This document shows positions 28,854-40,115 of a stretch of DNA of 64,000 bases, in pieces. Every line of letters starts with the position of its first letter. The stretch's first letter is position 1. The stretch comes from an uncultured Gemmatimonadales bacterium (GTDB lineage Bacteria; Gemmatimonadota; Gemmatimonadetes; Gemmatimonadales; GWC2-71-9): NCBI GenBank assembly GCA_963828735.1, contig CAWHFW010000003.1, forward strand, positions 96,001 to 160,000. The letters run 5' to 3'. The notes below the pieces were generated by a model. The model saw only the letters and a list, made by a program, of their open reading frames with translations. It was not told the origin of the DNA and did no database searches. The translations under genes were made by a program, and so were the position numbers.

Positions 28854-31800
28854 ATGACGGCTCCCGACACGGACTCCCGGCCGACAAGCCCCCGACCGCC
28901 CAGGCGGTGGCGGCGGCGCGTCGCCATCGGGCTCACGGCGGCTGTTGGTGATTGTGGTCACGCTGGTGGGGCTTCTGCAACTCCCCCCAGTGGCCACCTT
29001 CGCCGTGCGGAAGGCGCTCACGCTCGCGCCGCTCAACCCCGGGAATCGGCTCGACGTGGGCCACGTGACCGGCAACTTCCTTCGCGGTCTCACCCTCCAG
29101 GACGTCCGACTCCGGCAGGACGGGCGCGAGCTCGCCCGCATCGAGCGCCTCACGGTGGGCTATCACCTGCCGCGATTGCGTCCGCCCACCACTCGCCTCG
29201 ACTCGCTGACCGTGACGGGCGGCACCATCTCGGCTCACCGGCGGGGCGGAAGCTGGGACCTCGCCGACGTCATGAAAAAGGCTTCCGACACGACCGGTGG
29301 CGGCGGCTTCGGCATCGACCGGCTGGTCGTGCGCGGCGTGGCAGTGGCCGCGACGCTGGCGCCCGATTCGGTTGCGCAACTCCGGGTGCAGGAAGTGGCC
29401 GCGCGGGGCCTCCGACTGGGCGACACGGCACTGGCGACGATCGACCAGCTTCAGCTCGCCGTGCGCCCGCCGGCGAGCGACCGCTGGATCGGCGTGTCCA
29501 CTCGGGGCGGGCTCACGGCGGACGAGGTCCGACTCGATCCCCTCCGAGTCTACACCGAGGCGAGCGAGCTCAACGGTCATGTTGTCCTTCCGCGAAGTCT
29601 CCGGGAAGCCCGGTTGGTCAACCGGCTGGACGTCCGGCTCAACGCGCGGCCGCTGGCCCTTGCCGATCTGGCGGCTCTCGCTCCCACGGTACCGGCGGCC
29701 GGCGAGCTGGTGTTCGACGCGGAGGCAAGGGGCGAGGGCGACCTGGTAACGGCGCACCTCGCCGCGACGCTCGACCAGGGCCGCCTTTCTCTCGACGCGG
29801 GAACCCGGCTCCGCGATGGAAAGCCGACGTCGTATCGCGCGCGCGGCGTCGTGAGCCGACTCGACCTCTCGCGACTCATGCGCGCGGCGCCGGCGGGCGA
29901 GGTGAACGGCCGGCTGGATGCGGACATCAACGGTCCGCTCGCAAACGCGGACGGCAGCGCGCGCCTCGATCTCGGCGGCTCGCGCTTGGGCGCAGTGACC
30001 GTGCATCGCCTCGAGGTTGGCGCCCTGCTGTCGGGCGGGACGGCCGACCTGACCGTTCGGGGTGCGCTCGATTCAGGCACGGTGCACGCGACCGGCCGTG
30101 CGCGATTGTTCGATTCGCTGCCGACCTATCGCATTTCGGGTGCGGCCCTCGGAATGCCGGGTACCGCCGCCGTGGCCCGGGCGCTCACCGGGGCCGCCGG
30201 CGATCCCTCGCTGTCGATCGCGTTCCGGATCTCGGGTGCGGGAACTTCGCCGGATTCCGCCCGGGCGAGCGGTCGGATAGACGTGGCCGCGGCACGGGAC
30301 ACGGGCGAGCAGCGGCCTCTCGGCGGCGCGACCCTCCGGCTGGTCGACGGCCGACTCGACATCCGCCCCGAGATCCTGGCGGGTGGGGGCCGCGTCACGG
30401 CGGCGGGCCGAGTAACGCTCGGCGATACGATCAGCTACGAGCTGCGCGACGGCCGCATCGACGAGGTGGATGTCGCGGCGCTCGCGGGCGATACGACCAG
30501 CGCGCCGCTCTCCGGGCGGTTCACGCTCACTGGACGCGGCACCGCGCCGGCAGAAGCGCAGGCGACGGTGGGGCTTCACCTGAATGCACTTCATTACGGC
30601 GCGCGACGGGTCGAGGGGGTGGACGCGACCATCAGGCTGGATCGTGGTGACCTGCGCGTGACGGGCCAGGGCGCCATCCAGGGCGGCCGCCTGATACTAG
30701 AGGCGCTCGGGCGGCCGTTCGACAGCACCGCTTCGTACGTGCTGCGACGTGCCGCGCTCGAGCGGGTGGATCTCGGCACGCTGCTCGGCCTCCCGGAATT
30801 CGCGGGACCCGTGACGCTCTCGGTCACGGGCGACGGCCGCATCCGCGGTGAGCAGCGTAACGCACGCGCGCGACTGACCGTCGAGCCTTCGCGCCTCGGT
30901 CATGTGAAGGTCAGCGGGGGCGAAGCGACCGTCCGCCTGGCCAATCAGCAGCTGATCTACGAGGCCTCGCTCCACAGCAATGGGGGCGAGGTCTTCGCGT
31001 CAGGCGACGGCACGGCAGGCGCCGCAGCGCCGGCCTACCGGGTTCGCGAGGGCCGCCTCACCGCGATCGAGCTCGGCGCCTTGATGGGGCGGTCGGACCT
31101 GCACACCGACCTCAACACGACCTTCACCGCCAGCGTCGAGGGCGCCTCGCCCGACAGCCTGCGCGCGACGCTGGCCGTGGCCCTGCAGCCATCGCGCGTG
31201 AACCAGGCGGAGCTCAGCGGCGGCACGGTGGACGCGCACCTCGAGGGCAGGAGCCTCGACGCCAAGCTGCACCTCGACGGCCCCGATGCGCTGCTCGACG
31301 CCTCCGTGCGACGCTCCTCCGCCGGCGATCGCACCGCTATCACCACCGAGGGCACGCTCACCGCCGAGCATCTGGCCAGATGGACCGGACGGAAGGACGC
31401 CGACGGACGCATCGAGTCCACGTTCAAGCTGGCCTTCGAATCCGACAGCGCCGGTCCTCGCACCGTCGGCGGCACGGTGGACGCGCTCGGAGGCGTCGGA
31501 GGCATTCGGGTCCCGGCGCTCCACGCGGCCCTCACGCCGGTGGACGGGGAGATCCAGCTCGACACGGTGCTCCTGCGCTCCAACGTCGCGGCGATGGATG
31601 GCGGGGGCCGAGTGCAGCTCCGGCCTGGCGCGGCACCAGGGACCCTCAGGCTCGTGGCGATCCTGGGCGACCTTGGCCCGGTCTCGGCGCTCATGAGCGC
31701 GGACACCGTCGGGGCCGACTCGGCACGGGTGAACCTCACCGTCACCGGCCCGGCCTGGCGTTGGCAGGTAGCGAGCAACGCCGATGCCTATGGCTTGGCC

Positions 31801-33936
31801 TTCGCAGGAAACCTGGCGAACCGGATTACGCTCGCGGCCAAGGCCACGCTCGACAGCACCAGGCTGGGCGCGGCATCGGGTACGCTCAAGGTGACCGGCG
31901 CCGCGATCGGCCGTGTGGCGGTGCGCGAGCTGACGGCCGCGGGCGGCTACGACTCGACCCTCGCCCTCGACCTCAAGCTCAACATCGCGGACAGCGTGCG
32001 AATCGCGACGCAGGTGCGCGGGACCGTCTCGGCGGCGCGCGACACCATCCGCGCGGAGCTGCAGCGACTCACGTTGGACGAGGGCGGTCGGGCGTGGGCA
32101 CTCCAGCACCCGGCGGCCCTCACGTTCGGGCCGCGCGTCGAGGTGAACGGGCTCGCGCTCCGCGCCGGCGATCGCAGCATCGAGATAAACGGGGTGGTCG
32201 ACCGCCAGGGGACGAGCGACCTGACCCTGCGCATCGCCTCGCTCGAGCTGGAGACGCTGCGCGCGGCGGGGCTGGTGCCGGTCGGTGGCCGGGTGGACGG
32301 CCAGTTCCACCTCACGGGGCCCGCACGGAATCCTCGGCTCCAGGGGGGCGTGACCCTGGCCATCAGGTCGAGCCGCAGACGTGACGTGGGGACGGTCGGC
32401 ACCAAAGTCGACTGGCGCGGCAGCGCCCTCCAACTGTCGGCCGCAGCAAAGCCATTGAAGGGCGGCGCACTCACCGTCGACGGCTCCCTGCCCTATCGCT
32501 TGACGCTGGCCCCGGGCGACACGACGCCCGCCGCCGCGGACACGGTCTCGCTCGCCGTACGCGCCGACAGCTTCGATCTCGCCCTGTTCGAGCCGCTGCT
32601 CCCACCCGATGCCGCGAAGGGCCTCGGCGGCCGACTCCGGACGGACGCGCGCATCGGGGGAACGGTGCACGCCCCTCGGGCGACGGGAACCGTCAACCTC
32701 GCGCGCGCCACGCTCGAGCTGCCGCCCATCCGCATAGCGTACGAGCGAGGCGAGCTGGCGGGCACCCTCGACGGTGACGTGCTCCGCATCCAGAAGCTCC
32801 GGCTGCTGACCGGCAAGCACGAGGAGCTCCTCGCCTCGGGGGCGATTCGCCTGACGCCGCTGAGCGATCCCGGCCTGGGGCTGGAGGGAACCCTTCGCGA
32901 CTTCCGGCTGGTCAACTCCGAGCAGCTTCGCACCTCCGCCTCGGGCCAGGTCAAGGTCGCCGGGACGCTACTGCATCCCGAGCTGAGCGGGCGCGTCAAG
33001 CTCGGCCGTACCGATTTCTTCGTCGGAGCGGGCGGCACGCAGGTGCGGGTGGAGCAGGTAGAGCTCACCCCGGCCGAGCTGCGTGACCTGGCGCGCGACT
33101 TCGGTCCAGGCGTGCTCACGCAGGGCGAGCAAACGCCCGGCCTGATGGACCGCGTCAAGCTGGATCTCGCGGTGCAGATGCCCAGACAGGTGTGGATCCG
33201 ACGAACCAGCACTCCGAAAACCAACATCGAGCTGATGGGGAACCTCCGGGTGAGGCAGGAGCCCGGCCAGGAGATGCAGTTCTTCGGACACGTGGAGCCC
33301 GTGCCGAACCGCGGCACGCTCGAGCTCAACGGCAAGCAGTTCCGCCTGACCGACGGGGACATCAACCTCGCCGGTCCGGTGGACTCGACCAAGCTCGACG
33401 TGAACGCCTCGTACGAGGTCCCGACACAGGGCGGTGGCAACGACGAGGGCATCCTCATCAGCGTGCACGCGCGCGGCCGGCTGGACAGTCTCGGGCTCGG
33501 CTTCACGTCCGATCCCTCGATGAGCCAGGACGACATTCTCTCGTACATCGTGACGGGCCGGCCGGCTTCCGATAATCCGCTGTTCGAGCGCACCGGGGGA
33601 GGCGGCGGCAACACCGGCGAGCAGGTAGCGCTCGGCACGCTGACCGGCGCGATCTCCAACACGGCCGGACAACACCTGGGCCTCGACGTGTTCCAGATCC
33701 GACAGGAGCCGGCCCGCGGACTGACGCTCACGGCCGGCCGGTACATGGGATCGCGCCTGTTCCTGGATTTCCAGCTTCCTCTTCAGCTCAGCAGCCTGGC
33801 CCAGCAGTCGTCGTCGGGCACCAATCTGGGACCGGGCTTCGAACTGGAGTACACCCTGGAGCGCTGGCTGCGGGCGAGCCTCCGTGGCGGCAGCCTGTCG
33901 CCGGGCTTCCTCTTCCTGGGCCGCCGTGCGTACTGA
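28854..33936 (+). CDS. tamB: Translocation/assembly module TamB-like protein (apparent frameshift at ~28941)
   Basis: ~1690-aa beta-rich AsmA/TamB-like protein with N-terminal TM and DUF490-like C-terminus (FTSDPSMSQDDILSYIVTG, LTAGRY); immediately upstream of an Omp85 gene. Confidence 0.85.
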
Positions 33937-36070
33937 GCACTGGGCCGCGGTCGTTATGGCCCTGGTCGGAGGCGCGGGTCCGCTCGCCGCGCAGGATCCC
34001 CTCAGTCTGGTCGGTCCGAAGACGCAGGTGAGGTCGGTCGAGTTCGCGTTCACGGAGAAGTCGTCGCTCGACGAGGACCAGCTCCGCCAGAAAATCGCGC
34101 TCAGCGGCCAGGGCGGCATGGTCGGACTGCGGCGGGCGCTCGGCTGGGTGCCGCTCGTGCCGCCCGTCGGCTCGCACCCGTTCGATCCGACGGAGATGGC
34201 CCGGGACGTGGTCCGGCTCCGACGCTACTACGAGCGCTCCGGCTTTCCCAAAGCCGACGTGGACTATCGCGCCACGTATGAGGCGAAGGCCGACGTGGTG
34301 AACGTGACCTATCGCATCGCCGAGGGCCCGCCGCTCACCGTGGATACGCTGACCTTCACGGGCGCGAATGGCGCGCTCACCGTCCCCGACTCCCTCGGCC
34401 CGAGCTGGCAGCACTTCGTTCGGACCGCGCGGCAGTGGACCGCTCGGGCCGGTGAAGATGAGCGTCGCGCGCTCGCCGACAGCACGGTCCGCTGGTTCCG
34501 TGCGAACGGGTACCCGTTCGCGTCCGCACAGACGGTGGCGCGCGTCGACAGCGCGGCCAACCACGCCGACCTCGACGTGCAGGTGGACCCCGGCCAGCGC
34601 GCCAGGGTGGAGCGCGTCGAGGTCACGGGCAACCGGACGATCCCCGAGCGTGAGGTCGTGAGGCAGCTGTCCGTCCGCCCGGGCGATTGGTACGACGCGC
34701 AGGCGCTCGAGCGGACGCGCCAGCAGCTGACCCAGATGGACATCGTGCGACTCGCGTCGCTGGACGTGCCGCGCGACTCCGCGAAGGATACGAGCGTCGT
34801 CGTCATGCTTCGCGTGGACGAAAGTCCCGAGCACCTGATCAAAGGGGAGGCTGGCTACGTCTCGGCCGGCGGGCTGACGTCGCAGGTGACCTGGACGGAC
34901 CGGAGCTGGCTCGGCGGCCTGCGCACCTTCACGGTGGCCGCCACCGCGCTGACGGGGATCGGGGCGCTGGAGAATCCGGCACAGCAGCTCTTTCGGCTGA
35001 ACCTTACCGCGTTCCAGCCGTACGTCGGTGACCGGCGCCTCTCCGCCGCGGGGGGACCCTTCATCGAGTATCGCAACGATCTCCGCGACCGGAGCTGGGC
35101 CGTGGGCTTCGAGGGGTCGCTGGTGTGGGCCCCGGCCCCGCTCCGCTCGATCTCCCTCGGCTATTCCATCTCGCGGCGCCGCGTGTTCGACTACGGCCTC
35201 GGCGCCGACCTGCCACCCGAGGAGTATCTCCCGCTGCTCAACCTCGCCGATCCGAGCACGGTCGGCAGCCTGGAGCAGGACCGCGACCAGAGCGTCCTCA
35301 CGCTCGAAGGGACCTACGGGCGACTGGACCGGATCGCCAACCCGCGCAAGGGGTACGTGCTGCGGCCCCGCATCGCGACGACGCTGCCCGGCTTCAACAC
35401 CAGCGAGTATGCCCTGGTCGATTTCGGCGCCACGGCCTATGTCCCGTTCACCAAGGCCCTGGGCCTGACGCTGCGGGCGGGGGCCGGACGCATCTATCCT
35501 CGCGGGAAGAGCGTCGAAGGCGTGGGCAGCGAGTCCCCGTTCGTTTCCATGCTCAGCCTGAGCGACGTGACGTTCACGGCCGGCGGAACGCGTGACGTCC
35601 GTGGCTGGGGCACGTTCCTGCTCGGGCCCAAGATCCCGCAGGCGCAGCTGGAGCAGCAGGGCGACAGCATCGTCACCCTCGCCGACCGGTATACGCCCAT
35701 CGGTGGGCTCGCCCGACTGGTGAGCAGCGTCGAGCTTCACTTCCCAATGCCGCTCCTGGGTGAGGCCTTTCAGCCGTTCCTATTCTGGGACGGCGGACGG
35801 ATCTGGACGCCCGACAGCCGGTTCGCGCTCGATGCCGGCGCGATCGGCGAGGACAAGTTCTATCACTCGATCGGCGCAGGCATCGGCTATCAGACCCTCG
35901 TGGGCGCGATTCAGGTGGCCGTGGGGTACAAGCTGAACCCATCGCCACTCGACCTGCGCTCCCCGCAGGACGTCGCGACCGCGCTCCAGAACGGCGCGCC
36001 CGTCGAGGCGGCCCCGACCTCCTCGTCACGGCGGTTTCACCTGCACTTCTCGATCGGCGCGACTTTCTGA
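33926..36070 (+). CDS. tamA: Omp85 (BamA/TamA) family outer-membrane protein
   Basis: POTRA-like repeats, AGG.RDVRGW lid motif and C-terminal HFSIGATF; GTG start overlaps the tamB end. Confidence 0.85.
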   Translation: MRTEHWAAVVMALVGGAGPLAAQDPLSLVGPKTQVRSVEFAFTEKSSLDEDQLRQKIALSGQGGMVGLRRALGWVPLVPPVGSHPFDPTEMARDVVRLRRYYERSGFPKADVDYRATYEAKADVVNVTYRIAEGPPLTVDTLTFTGANGALTVPDSLGPSWQHFVRTARQWTARAGEDERRALADSTVRWFRANGYPFASAQTVARVDSAANHADLDVQVDPGQRARVERVEVTGNRTIPEREVVRQLSVRPGDWYDAQALERTRQQLTQMDIVRLASLDVPRDSAKDTSVVVMLRVDESPEHLIKGEAGYVSAGGLTSQVTWTDRSWLGGLRTFTVAATALTGIGALENPAQQLFRLNLTAFQPYVGDRRLSAAGGPFIEYRNDLRDRSWAVGFEGSLVWAPAPLRSISLGYSISRRRVFDYGLGADLPPEEYLPLLNLADPSTVGSLEQDRDQSVLTLEGTYGRLDRIANPRKGYVLRPRIATTLPGFNTSEYALVDFGATAYVPFTKALGLTLRAGAGRIYPRGKSVEGVGSESPFVSMLSLSDVTFTAGGTRDVRGWGTFLLGPKIPQAQLEQQGDSIVTLADRYTPIGGLARLVSSVELHFPMPLLGEAFQPFLFWDGGRIWTPDSRFALDAGAIGEDKFYHSIGAGIGYQTLVGAIQVAVGYKLNPSPLDLRSPQDVATALQNGAPVEAAPTSSSRRFHLHFSIGATF

Positions 36071-36136
36071 CCACGTTGCTGCCCGGATCACCGTGACCAC
36101 CGCCACCGCACCGCCGTTTCCCCCATCCCAACGTTC

Positions 36137-36805
36137 GTGATGCCGGCTCGCATCTTCCTGCTTTCTCCGGCGCACCTGGGCGGAAAGCGAGCGGACCTGC
36201 TCCTGAGCGGGCGCGGCCGGTTTCCGCTGGCGGAGCGTCTCCGCGCCGGAGAGACGGTGACGATCGCCGAGGCGTTCACGTTCCTGAGCGGGCTCTACTT
36301 CCGTGGCAAGGTGACGTATGCCCGCCGGTTCGCCCGCCCACCGGCCGACGTGCCCGGCGTCCTGGTGATCACGAGCAATCAGGGGTTGCTCCCGGCTGAC
36401 ACACCGATGACGACGCACGAGCTCCTCGCCTTCGCGGGGACGGACATCCGGGCCGGCGAAGCGGGGTATCAGGAACCGCTGCGGCGCGACATCGCGGCGC
36501 TCGACGCGGGAGCCGCGGGAGCATCGACGGAGGTCGTGCTGCTGGGAAGCATCGCGACCGGCAAGTACGTGGATGTCCTGTTCGACGTTCTTGGGGAGCG
36601 GCTCCTCTTTCCCACGGCGTTCGCGGGCCGCGGGGACATGAGCCGGGGCGCCCTGCTGCTCCGGGCGGCACGCGCCGACCAGGAGCTCGCGTACGCACCT
36701 GTGGCGACCGGCGTGCGCCGTGGGCCGCGGCCGAGGAAAGGAGGACCGGGCGATGGCAACGACGGCCAGAGCGCGGACCGGGGTGCGGATTCCGGCCGGA
36801 GTTAG
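36137..36805 (+). CDS. Conserved-looking hypothetical protein, remote YaaA/DUF328-like (inferred)
   Basis: Motifs IFLLSPA, FLSGLYFRGK, VLVITSNQGLLP, VVLLGSIATGKY and GRGDMSRG; overlaps the start of the next gene. Confidence 0.7.
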   Translation: MMPARIFLLSPAHLGGKRADLLLSGRGRFPLAERLRAGETVTIAEAFTFLSGLYFRGKVTYARRFARPPADVPGVLVITSNQGLLPADTPMTTHELLAFAGTDIRAGEAGYQEPLRRDIAALDAGAAGASTEVVLLGSIATGKYVDVLFDVLGERLLFPTAFAGRGDMSRGALLLRAARADQELAYAPVATGVRRGPRPRKGGPGDGNDGQSADRGADSGRS

Positions 36806-37700
36806 GAGCGCCGAGCTCCGGGCCGGTCGCCATGCGGTTCCGCTCAGCAACCTCGACAAGGTCTTCTGGCCCGAGGCCGGGTATACCAAGCGGCATCTGC
36901 TGCAGTACTACGCGGACGTCTCGAGCGCGCTCGTGCCTCACCTTCGTGACCGCGCGATGGTCATGAAGCGCTACCCGAACGGCATCCACGGCAAGTGCTT
37001 CTTCATGAAGCGCACGCCCTCGCCGCACCCCGAATGGCTCGAGACCTGCTCGATCGAGCACAAGTCGGCCAGCGTGATCGCCTTTCCGATGATCCAGGAC
37101 GTGGCGTCGCTGCTCTGGGTGGTGAACCTGGGCTGCATCGACCTCAACCCCTGGTACGCCCGCTGCGACGACACCGACCGGCCCGACCATCTGCACTTCG
37201 ACCTGGACCCCGGCCCCGGCGTTCCGTTCGCGCGGGTCCGTGAAACGGCGCTCGTCGTGCGCGACGCGCTGGAGTCGCTGGGCATGAGCGCGCTGGTGAA
37301 GACCAGCGGCTCGACCGGCATGCACCTCTACGTGCCGATCGTCCGCGGACCCGCTCAGAAGACCGTGTGGCAGTTCGCGAAGAGCCTGGCGAAGCGGCTC
37401 GAGCGCCGACACCCGAACCTGATCACCGCCGAATACCGCATCGCCGACCGGCCGCGGGGGCGCGTGCTCGTGGACTACAACCAGAACGCGTGGGGACGGA
37501 CGTTGGCCTCGGTCTACTCCGTTCGGCCCACCGAGCGCGCCACCGTCTCGACCCCAGTCACCTGGGCCGAAGTGGAGCGCGGCTTCGACGTAGAGGCGTT
37601 CCGGTTGGACAACGTGCCCGGTCGCCTGCGCCGCCTGGGCGACCTGTGGAGGCCCCTCCTGGTCGCTCGCGGTCGATTCCGACTGGATGATGTCCTGTGA
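36753..37700 (+). CDS. ligD: Stand-alone LigD-type primase-polymerase (POL / Prim-PolC-like)
   Basis: SNLDKVFWP, KRYPNG, FFMK, FDLDP, KTSGSTGMH and VLVDYNQN motifs; AGGAGG RBS. Confidence 0.92.
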   Translation: MATTARARTGVRIPAGVRSAELRAGRHAVPLSNLDKVFWPEAGYTKRHLLQYYADVSSALVPHLRDRAMVMKRYPNGIHGKCFFMKRTPSPHPEWLETCSIEHKSASVIAFPMIQDVASLLWVVNLGCIDLNPWYARCDDTDRPDHLHFDLDPGPGVPFARVRETALVVRDALESLGMSALVKTSGSTGMHLYVPIVRGPAQKTVWQFAKSLAKRLERRHPNLITAEYRIADRPRGRVLVDYNQNAWGRTLASVYSVRPTERATVSTPVTWAEVERGFDVEAFRLDNVPGRLRRLGDLWRPLLVARGRFRLDDVL

Positions 37701-38695
37701 GCCTGCCGCTGCGATTCCCCTATGCCCCGATGGAAGCGGAGAGCGTCCCCACGCTTCCCACCGGACGCGAGTGGCAGTACGAGCCCAAGTGGGACGGCTT
37801 CCGCTGCCTTGCGTTTCGCGATGGTGACACGGTGCGCATCCAGAGCAAGGCTGGCAAGCCGCTCGCGCGGTACTTCCCCGACATCGTGGAATCGTTGTCG
37901 TCGCTCGCGGCCAGACGCTTCGTGCTCGACGGCGAGATCGTGATCCCGGTGGACGGCCGGCTCTCGTTCGACGAGCTGCTCCTCCGCGTGCATCCCGCCG
38001 CCAGCCGGGTCCGGACGCTGGTGGAGGCGCATCCCGCGCGGCTCATGGTGTTCGATCTGCTGGTGGACGAGCAGGGCCGCTCGCTCGTCGCGAAGCCGCT
38101 GTCGGAGCGGCGCGTGCGACTGGAGGCATTCGCGAAGCGATACTTCCGACGCGGGGGCGCGATCGTGCTGTCGCGGGCCTCGCGCCGTCAGGGCACGGCA
38201 CGCGGGTGGCTCACCGGCGGCAAGGGAGACCTCGACGGCGTGGTGGCCAAACGGCTGGACCTTCCGTATCGATCCGGCGACCGCCACGGGATGGTGAAGG
38301 TGAAGCGGCGGCGCACGGCCGACTGCGTCGTCGGCGGATTCCGGTACGCTTCCAAGGGCGGGGGCATCGGCTCCTTGCTGCTCGGGCTGTACGACGACGC
38401 GGGACGGCTCGACCACGTTGGGTTCTGCTCCAGTTTTTCGGCGGTCGAGCGTCGCGGCCTCAAGGCGAAGCTCGAGCCCCTTCGAAAGCCACCCGGCTTC
38501 ACGGGCCGAGCGCCGGGCGGCCCGAGCCGGTGGAGCACCGAGCGGTCGGCGGCATGGGAGCCGTTGGCGCCCAAGCTCGTCGTCGAGGTCGAGTACGATC
38601 ATGTGACCAACAGCCGATTCCGGCACGGCACCGGCTTCGTCCGGTGGCGACCGGACAAGACCCCCGGCCAATGTACCCTGGAGCAGCTGACATGA
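37697..38695 (+). CDS. ligC: Minimal ATP-dependent DNA ligase (LigC-like)
   Basis: Motif I EPKWDGFR, VLDGEIV, FDLL, DGVVAK, MVKVK and OB domain; PGGPSRWS insert as in LigC. Confidence 0.92.
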   Translation: MSLPLRFPYAPMEAESVPTLPTGREWQYEPKWDGFRCLAFRDGDTVRIQSKAGKPLARYFPDIVESLSSLAARRFVLDGEIVIPVDGRLSFDELLLRVHPAASRVRTLVEAHPARLMVFDLLVDEQGRSLVAKPLSERRVRLEAFAKRYFRRGGAIVLSRASRRQGTARGWLTGGKGDLDGVVAKRLDLPYRSGDRHGMVKVKRRRTADCVVGGFRYASKGGGIGSLLLGLYDDAGRLDHVGFCSSFSAVERRGLKAKLEPLRKPPGFTGRAPGGPSRWSTERSAAWEPLAPKLVVEVEYDHVTNSRFRHGTGFVRWRPDKTPGQCTLEQLT

Positions 38696-39369
38696 GTGAG
38701 AAGAAGAGCACCACGGGCCGGAAGCGGAAACCGCAGACGAGGCTCGCCGAATACCGTCGCAAGCGCGATTTCAACCGCACCGCCGAGCCACGAGGCGGAC
38801 CGCGCAAGGCGGCCGCCAAGCTGGCGTACGTCATCCAGAAGCACGCCGCGAGCCACCTGCACTTCGACCTGCGGCTCGAGCTCGACGGCGTAATGAAGAG
38901 CTGGGCTGTGCCGAAGGGGCCGAGCCTCGACCCGGCGGTGAAGCGACTTGCGATGCAGGTCGAGGATCACCCGATCGAGTACAACGCGTTCGAGGGGACC
39001 ATTCCCAAGGGAGAGTACGGCGGCGGCACGGTGATGATCTGGGACCAGGGAACCTACTCGTACGGTGGCGACGACGACGCCGAGCCCGTCGAGAGGCTGC
39101 GGGAGGGCTATGCCCGCGGCGACTTCAAGTTCGTGCTCGACGGGAAGCGCCTCCGGGGCTCGTGGGTGCTCGTGCGCACCCGTCGCGGAGACCCCAGCCG
39201 CGCCCAGTGGCTCCTGATCAAGCACCGGGACGAGTTCGCCGAGCCGGGATCGGAGGTCGTCGAGGAGTATCTCAGCTCGGCGACCACCGGCCGCACGATG
39301 GAGGAGATCGCAGCCGGACGAAAGCCGCGGCGGAAGACGACCGATGGTCGCGCCCGATCGCGGCGGTGA
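38692..39369 (+). CDS. ligD: Stand-alone LigD 3'-phosphoesterase (PE) domain protein
   Basis: YRRKRDF..T.EP, VIQKHAASHLHFDLRLE, SWAVPKGP, EDHP.EY and YGGG.V.IWD motifs; ATGA overlap. Confidence 0.93.
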   Translation: MSEKKSTTGRKRKPQTRLAEYRRKRDFNRTAEPRGGPRKAAAKLAYVIQKHAASHLHFDLRLELDGVMKSWAVPKGPSLDPAVKRLAMQVEDHPIEYNAFEGTIPKGEYGGGTVMIWDQGTYSYGGDDDAEPVERLREGYARGDFKFVLDGKRLRGSWVLVRTRRGDPSRAQWLLIKHRDEFAEPGSEVVEEYLSSATTGRTMEEIAAGRKPRRKTTDGRARSRR

Positions 39370-39466
39370 CCGTGTGCGGCGCGTCACTGCCGGCGCCGGG
39401 TTCCACAGGCGATATCCATGGGGCATGTCCGCCATGACGGCCCAGGCTTCGATTCCCGGAGGAACG

Positions 39467-40069
39467 ATGGCAGCGACGACTCGGGTGGGAATTCTCATGA
39501 TGCTGGCCGCCTGCGGCGGCGGCGAGCGAGCCGCACGCTCGGACAGCGCCGCCATGTCCAGCTCGTCCGGCTCGGCGCCGGCCGAGACCACGGCCATGGC
39601 CTCGGCCGCGGTGAGCGACACCGCGACGACGGCTCTAACGCCCGCGGCCACTGCGGACCAAGACACCGCGAAGAAGGGGGCGGCCCAGGATACGTCGAAG
39701 AAGGCCGCGGCGGCTCAGGACACCACGAAGCCGAAGGCCGCGGCCGCGAAGCCGGCCTCGGGTGGCGCGCCGACGCCCCAGCAGATCGCGCTGGGCGACA
39801 GCATCTTCCACGGCCAGACGGCCGGCGGCACCTGCACGGCCTGTCACGGACAGGACGCCAAGGGGACCGCCGTCGCGCCGAATCTCACCGACAGCCAGTG
39901 GCTGAATGGAGACGGCAGCTACCAGTTCATCGTCAATACGGTCACCACCGGCGTGCCCAAGCCGAAGGAGCACCCGGCGCCGATGCCGCCGAAGGGCGGT
40001 GCCACGCTCAGCGACGACCAGGTGAAGGCGGTCGCCGCGTACGTCTATTCGCTGAGTCACAAGACCTGA
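39467..40069 (+). CDS. Lipoprotein-anchored monoheme cytochrome c
   Basis: Lipobox LAA-C, long S/A/T/K linker, CTACH heme motif and axial Met in PMPPKGG. Confidence 0.88.
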   Translation: MAATTRVGILMMLAACGGGERAARSDSAAMSSSSGSAPAETTAMASAAVSDTATTALTPAATADQDTAKKGAAQDTSKKAAAAQDTTKPKAAAAKPASGGAPTPQQIALGDSIFHGQTAGGTCTACHGQDAKGTAVAPNLTDSQWLNGDGSYQFIVNTVTTGVPKPKEHPAPMPPKGGATLSDDQVKAVAAYVYSLSHKT

Positions 40070-40115
40070 GTCGCCCGGCCCCTCTCGGTCTCCCGCGAGG
40101 GGCGCGCCGCCCGCC

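Noticed and set aside
28960..30650. Continuation of the 598-aa ORF from 28854 as an overlapping gene
   Set aside because: Only the first ~29 codons look real (TamB N-terminus); the rest is low-complexity off-frame sequence.
33788..35740. 650-aa antisense ORF (also 31000-32820, 793-2079, 55556-57322 and similar)
   Set aside because: Shadow ORFs opposite recognisable genes.
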